Shown piece by piece: positions 63,501-64,000 of a stretch of 64,000 nt of DNA (position 1 is the stretch's first letter; each line of letters begins with the position of its first letter). The translations under genes were made by a program, and so were the position numbers. Below the pieces are notes generated by a model. The model did not search any database. It saw only the letters and a program-made list of their open reading frames with translations, and was not told the DNA's origin. Origin of the DNA: Candidatus Poribacteria bacterium (GTDB lineage: Bacteria > Poribacteria > WGA-4E > PCPOR2b); assembly GCA_965218095.1 (NCBI GenBank), contig OZ244587.1, positions 1-64,000 of the forward strand. Reading direction: 5' to 3'.

Positions 63501-63827
63501 AACGCCGGCAACACGGCTGTCTCCGAAGCCGCTGAAGCGTTGCAGGAAAAACTGAAAGCCATCGAAGGGGAGTTGATACAGACCGGAGCGGATTCCATCG
63601 GCGATCGACTTCGCATGCCCAAGAAGTTAAGCGGCAAGCTCGCTGGGTTGATTAGCGTCGTGTCAGTTGCTGACTTCGCTCCGCCGAAACAGGCGTATGA
63701 TCTCTTTGAACATCTGTCAAACCAGATCGATGCTCAGCTAGATCAACTCAAGTCGGTGATTGAGGAAGATGTCGCTGCCTTTAACGACCTCATCCGCGAA
63801 GCCGATGTGCCGGCAGTTGTCGTGTGA
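60597..63827 (+). CDS. BNR/Asp-box (VPS10-like) beta-propeller glycosyl hydrolase-like protein
   Basis: WRCIGPPRGGRV, many SxDGGxTW Asp-boxes, HGDNH, THGRSFWILDD; SD GGAGG. Confidence 0.92.
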   Translation: MNNSQSNSSLLQGLKWRCIGPPRGGRVVAVAGHPTEPAVFYFGACAGGVWKTNDGGTYWENISDGFFNTAAVGAIAVAESDPNVIYVGTGETTIRLDVSYGDGVYKSTDGGATWTHVGLADTHHIGKIRIHPQDPDLVYVAALGHAFGQNEERGVFRSKDSGATWEKVLFRSEKAGAVDLSMAPNNPRILYATIWETYRNFWELSSGGPDSSFYKSTDGGNTWTELTDNSGFPEGIKGKIGVAVSPAKPNRVWTIVEAEKGGLHRSDDGGKTWELLTDNRDLWSRPFYYCHIFADPQDPDTVYVLNLKMWKSTDGGHTFTEITTPHGDNHDLWIDPRNPRRMIEGNDGGACVSFNGGETWSTIYNQLTSQFYRIDTDNRFPYRVYATQQDNSSISVPSATEYGGIHWVDCYPVGTGESGDIVVHPDDPNITYIGAVGSSPGGSGALQRYDHRTRQIRLVNVWPEEYAGLGPKDLKYRFSWTFPIAFSPHDPDVLYTAGNLIFRSTDEGSSWEAISPDLTRNDTTKLGPSGGPITKDTSGAEHYATVYAFVESPHEAGVFWAGSDDGLIHISRDGGQNWSNITPPDLSEWSLISNIEASPHDPSTVYVAVTRYKLDDYQPYLYKTSDYGQTWSTISGSFPDGEITRVIREDPVCPGLIYVGTETGVYISLDDGVSWRRLQNSLPVVPVYDLKIKDGDLVAGTHGRSFWILDDLTPLRQLTEETAQVPAHLFEPRLTYRRWLQWAVGMFRSETGKNYMMALGAPATFYVDKSPEGERMRRYLDAGEGPPQGVIVYYLLKDTLTDPVTLTFLDAGGEKIKTFTTKTEDSDEAKDDETSSEAKEDRYIPVEPGLNRFVWDMRYPDAQEVTIDSITEKPTTHPSTPPDRPENGPLAAPDAYQVQLKVGDQTHTQSFALRKDPRLTASQTDLDAQFELWRQIRDKLSETNEAINNLRRIQRQVKEWTLRVSKMENAGNTAVSEAAEALQEKLKAIEGELIQTGADSIGDRLRMPKKLSGKLAGLISVVSVADFAPPKQAYDLFEHLSNQIDAQLDQLKSVIEEDVAAFNDLIREADVPAVVV

Positions 63828-63902
63828 ATCTGCAGAACGTGATGAGCATTGAGGATTCATAGACTCTATAACTCGTCACTCGTCACCCCTCACTTCAGTA
63901 AT

Positions 63903-64000
63903 ATGAAACGATCTCTCAATTTTATCGGCATAACGCTCGCTGATTTCATCGTCCGCTCCGCTTACCAGATGGGCAAGACACCACTCCTGCCGATTTTTGC
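63903..64000 (+). CDS. Probable MFS transporter, 5' end (truncated by window)
   Basis: MKRSLNFIGITLADFIVRSAYQMGKTPLLPIF resembles an MFS TM1 start. Confidence 0.6.
   Translation, partial: MKRSLNFIGITLADFIVRSAYQMGKTPLLPIF

Overview
Bacterial chromosomal segment of roughly balanced GC. The gene content (several phytanoyl-CoA-dioxygenase-family genes, amidohydrolases, sugar-acid enzymes, a BNR/VPS10 glycosidase-like protein) suggests Candidatus Poribacteria or a similar lineage; this is inference only. The core consists of the rimP-nusA-ylxR-infB-DUF503-rbfA-nrnA-truB-ribF-rpsO-pnp cluster, gcvT-gcvH-gcvP, trkA-trkH and tRNA-Leu(CAG). These are embedded in catabolic accessory genes. The region is heavily invaded by mobile DNA: four copies of one IS5-family element plus a 159-bp MITE with the same ends, one IS982, two IS3, several REP-like palindrome families and short-period (6-9 nt) repeats. 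Several genes are pseudogenised. Most notable: (1) an unannotated ~130-nt structured RNA candidate behind a near-consensus sigma70 promoter, divergent from a macrodomain gene; (2) palindromic-repeat arms inserted in frame into GcvP and a hydantoinase; (3) IS5 copies inserted into the terminal repeats of IS982-type elements, one apparently collapsed to its two ends. No CRISPR array, prophage, integrase or reverse transcriptase was seen. All family assignments come from motif recognition by eye, not database searches.
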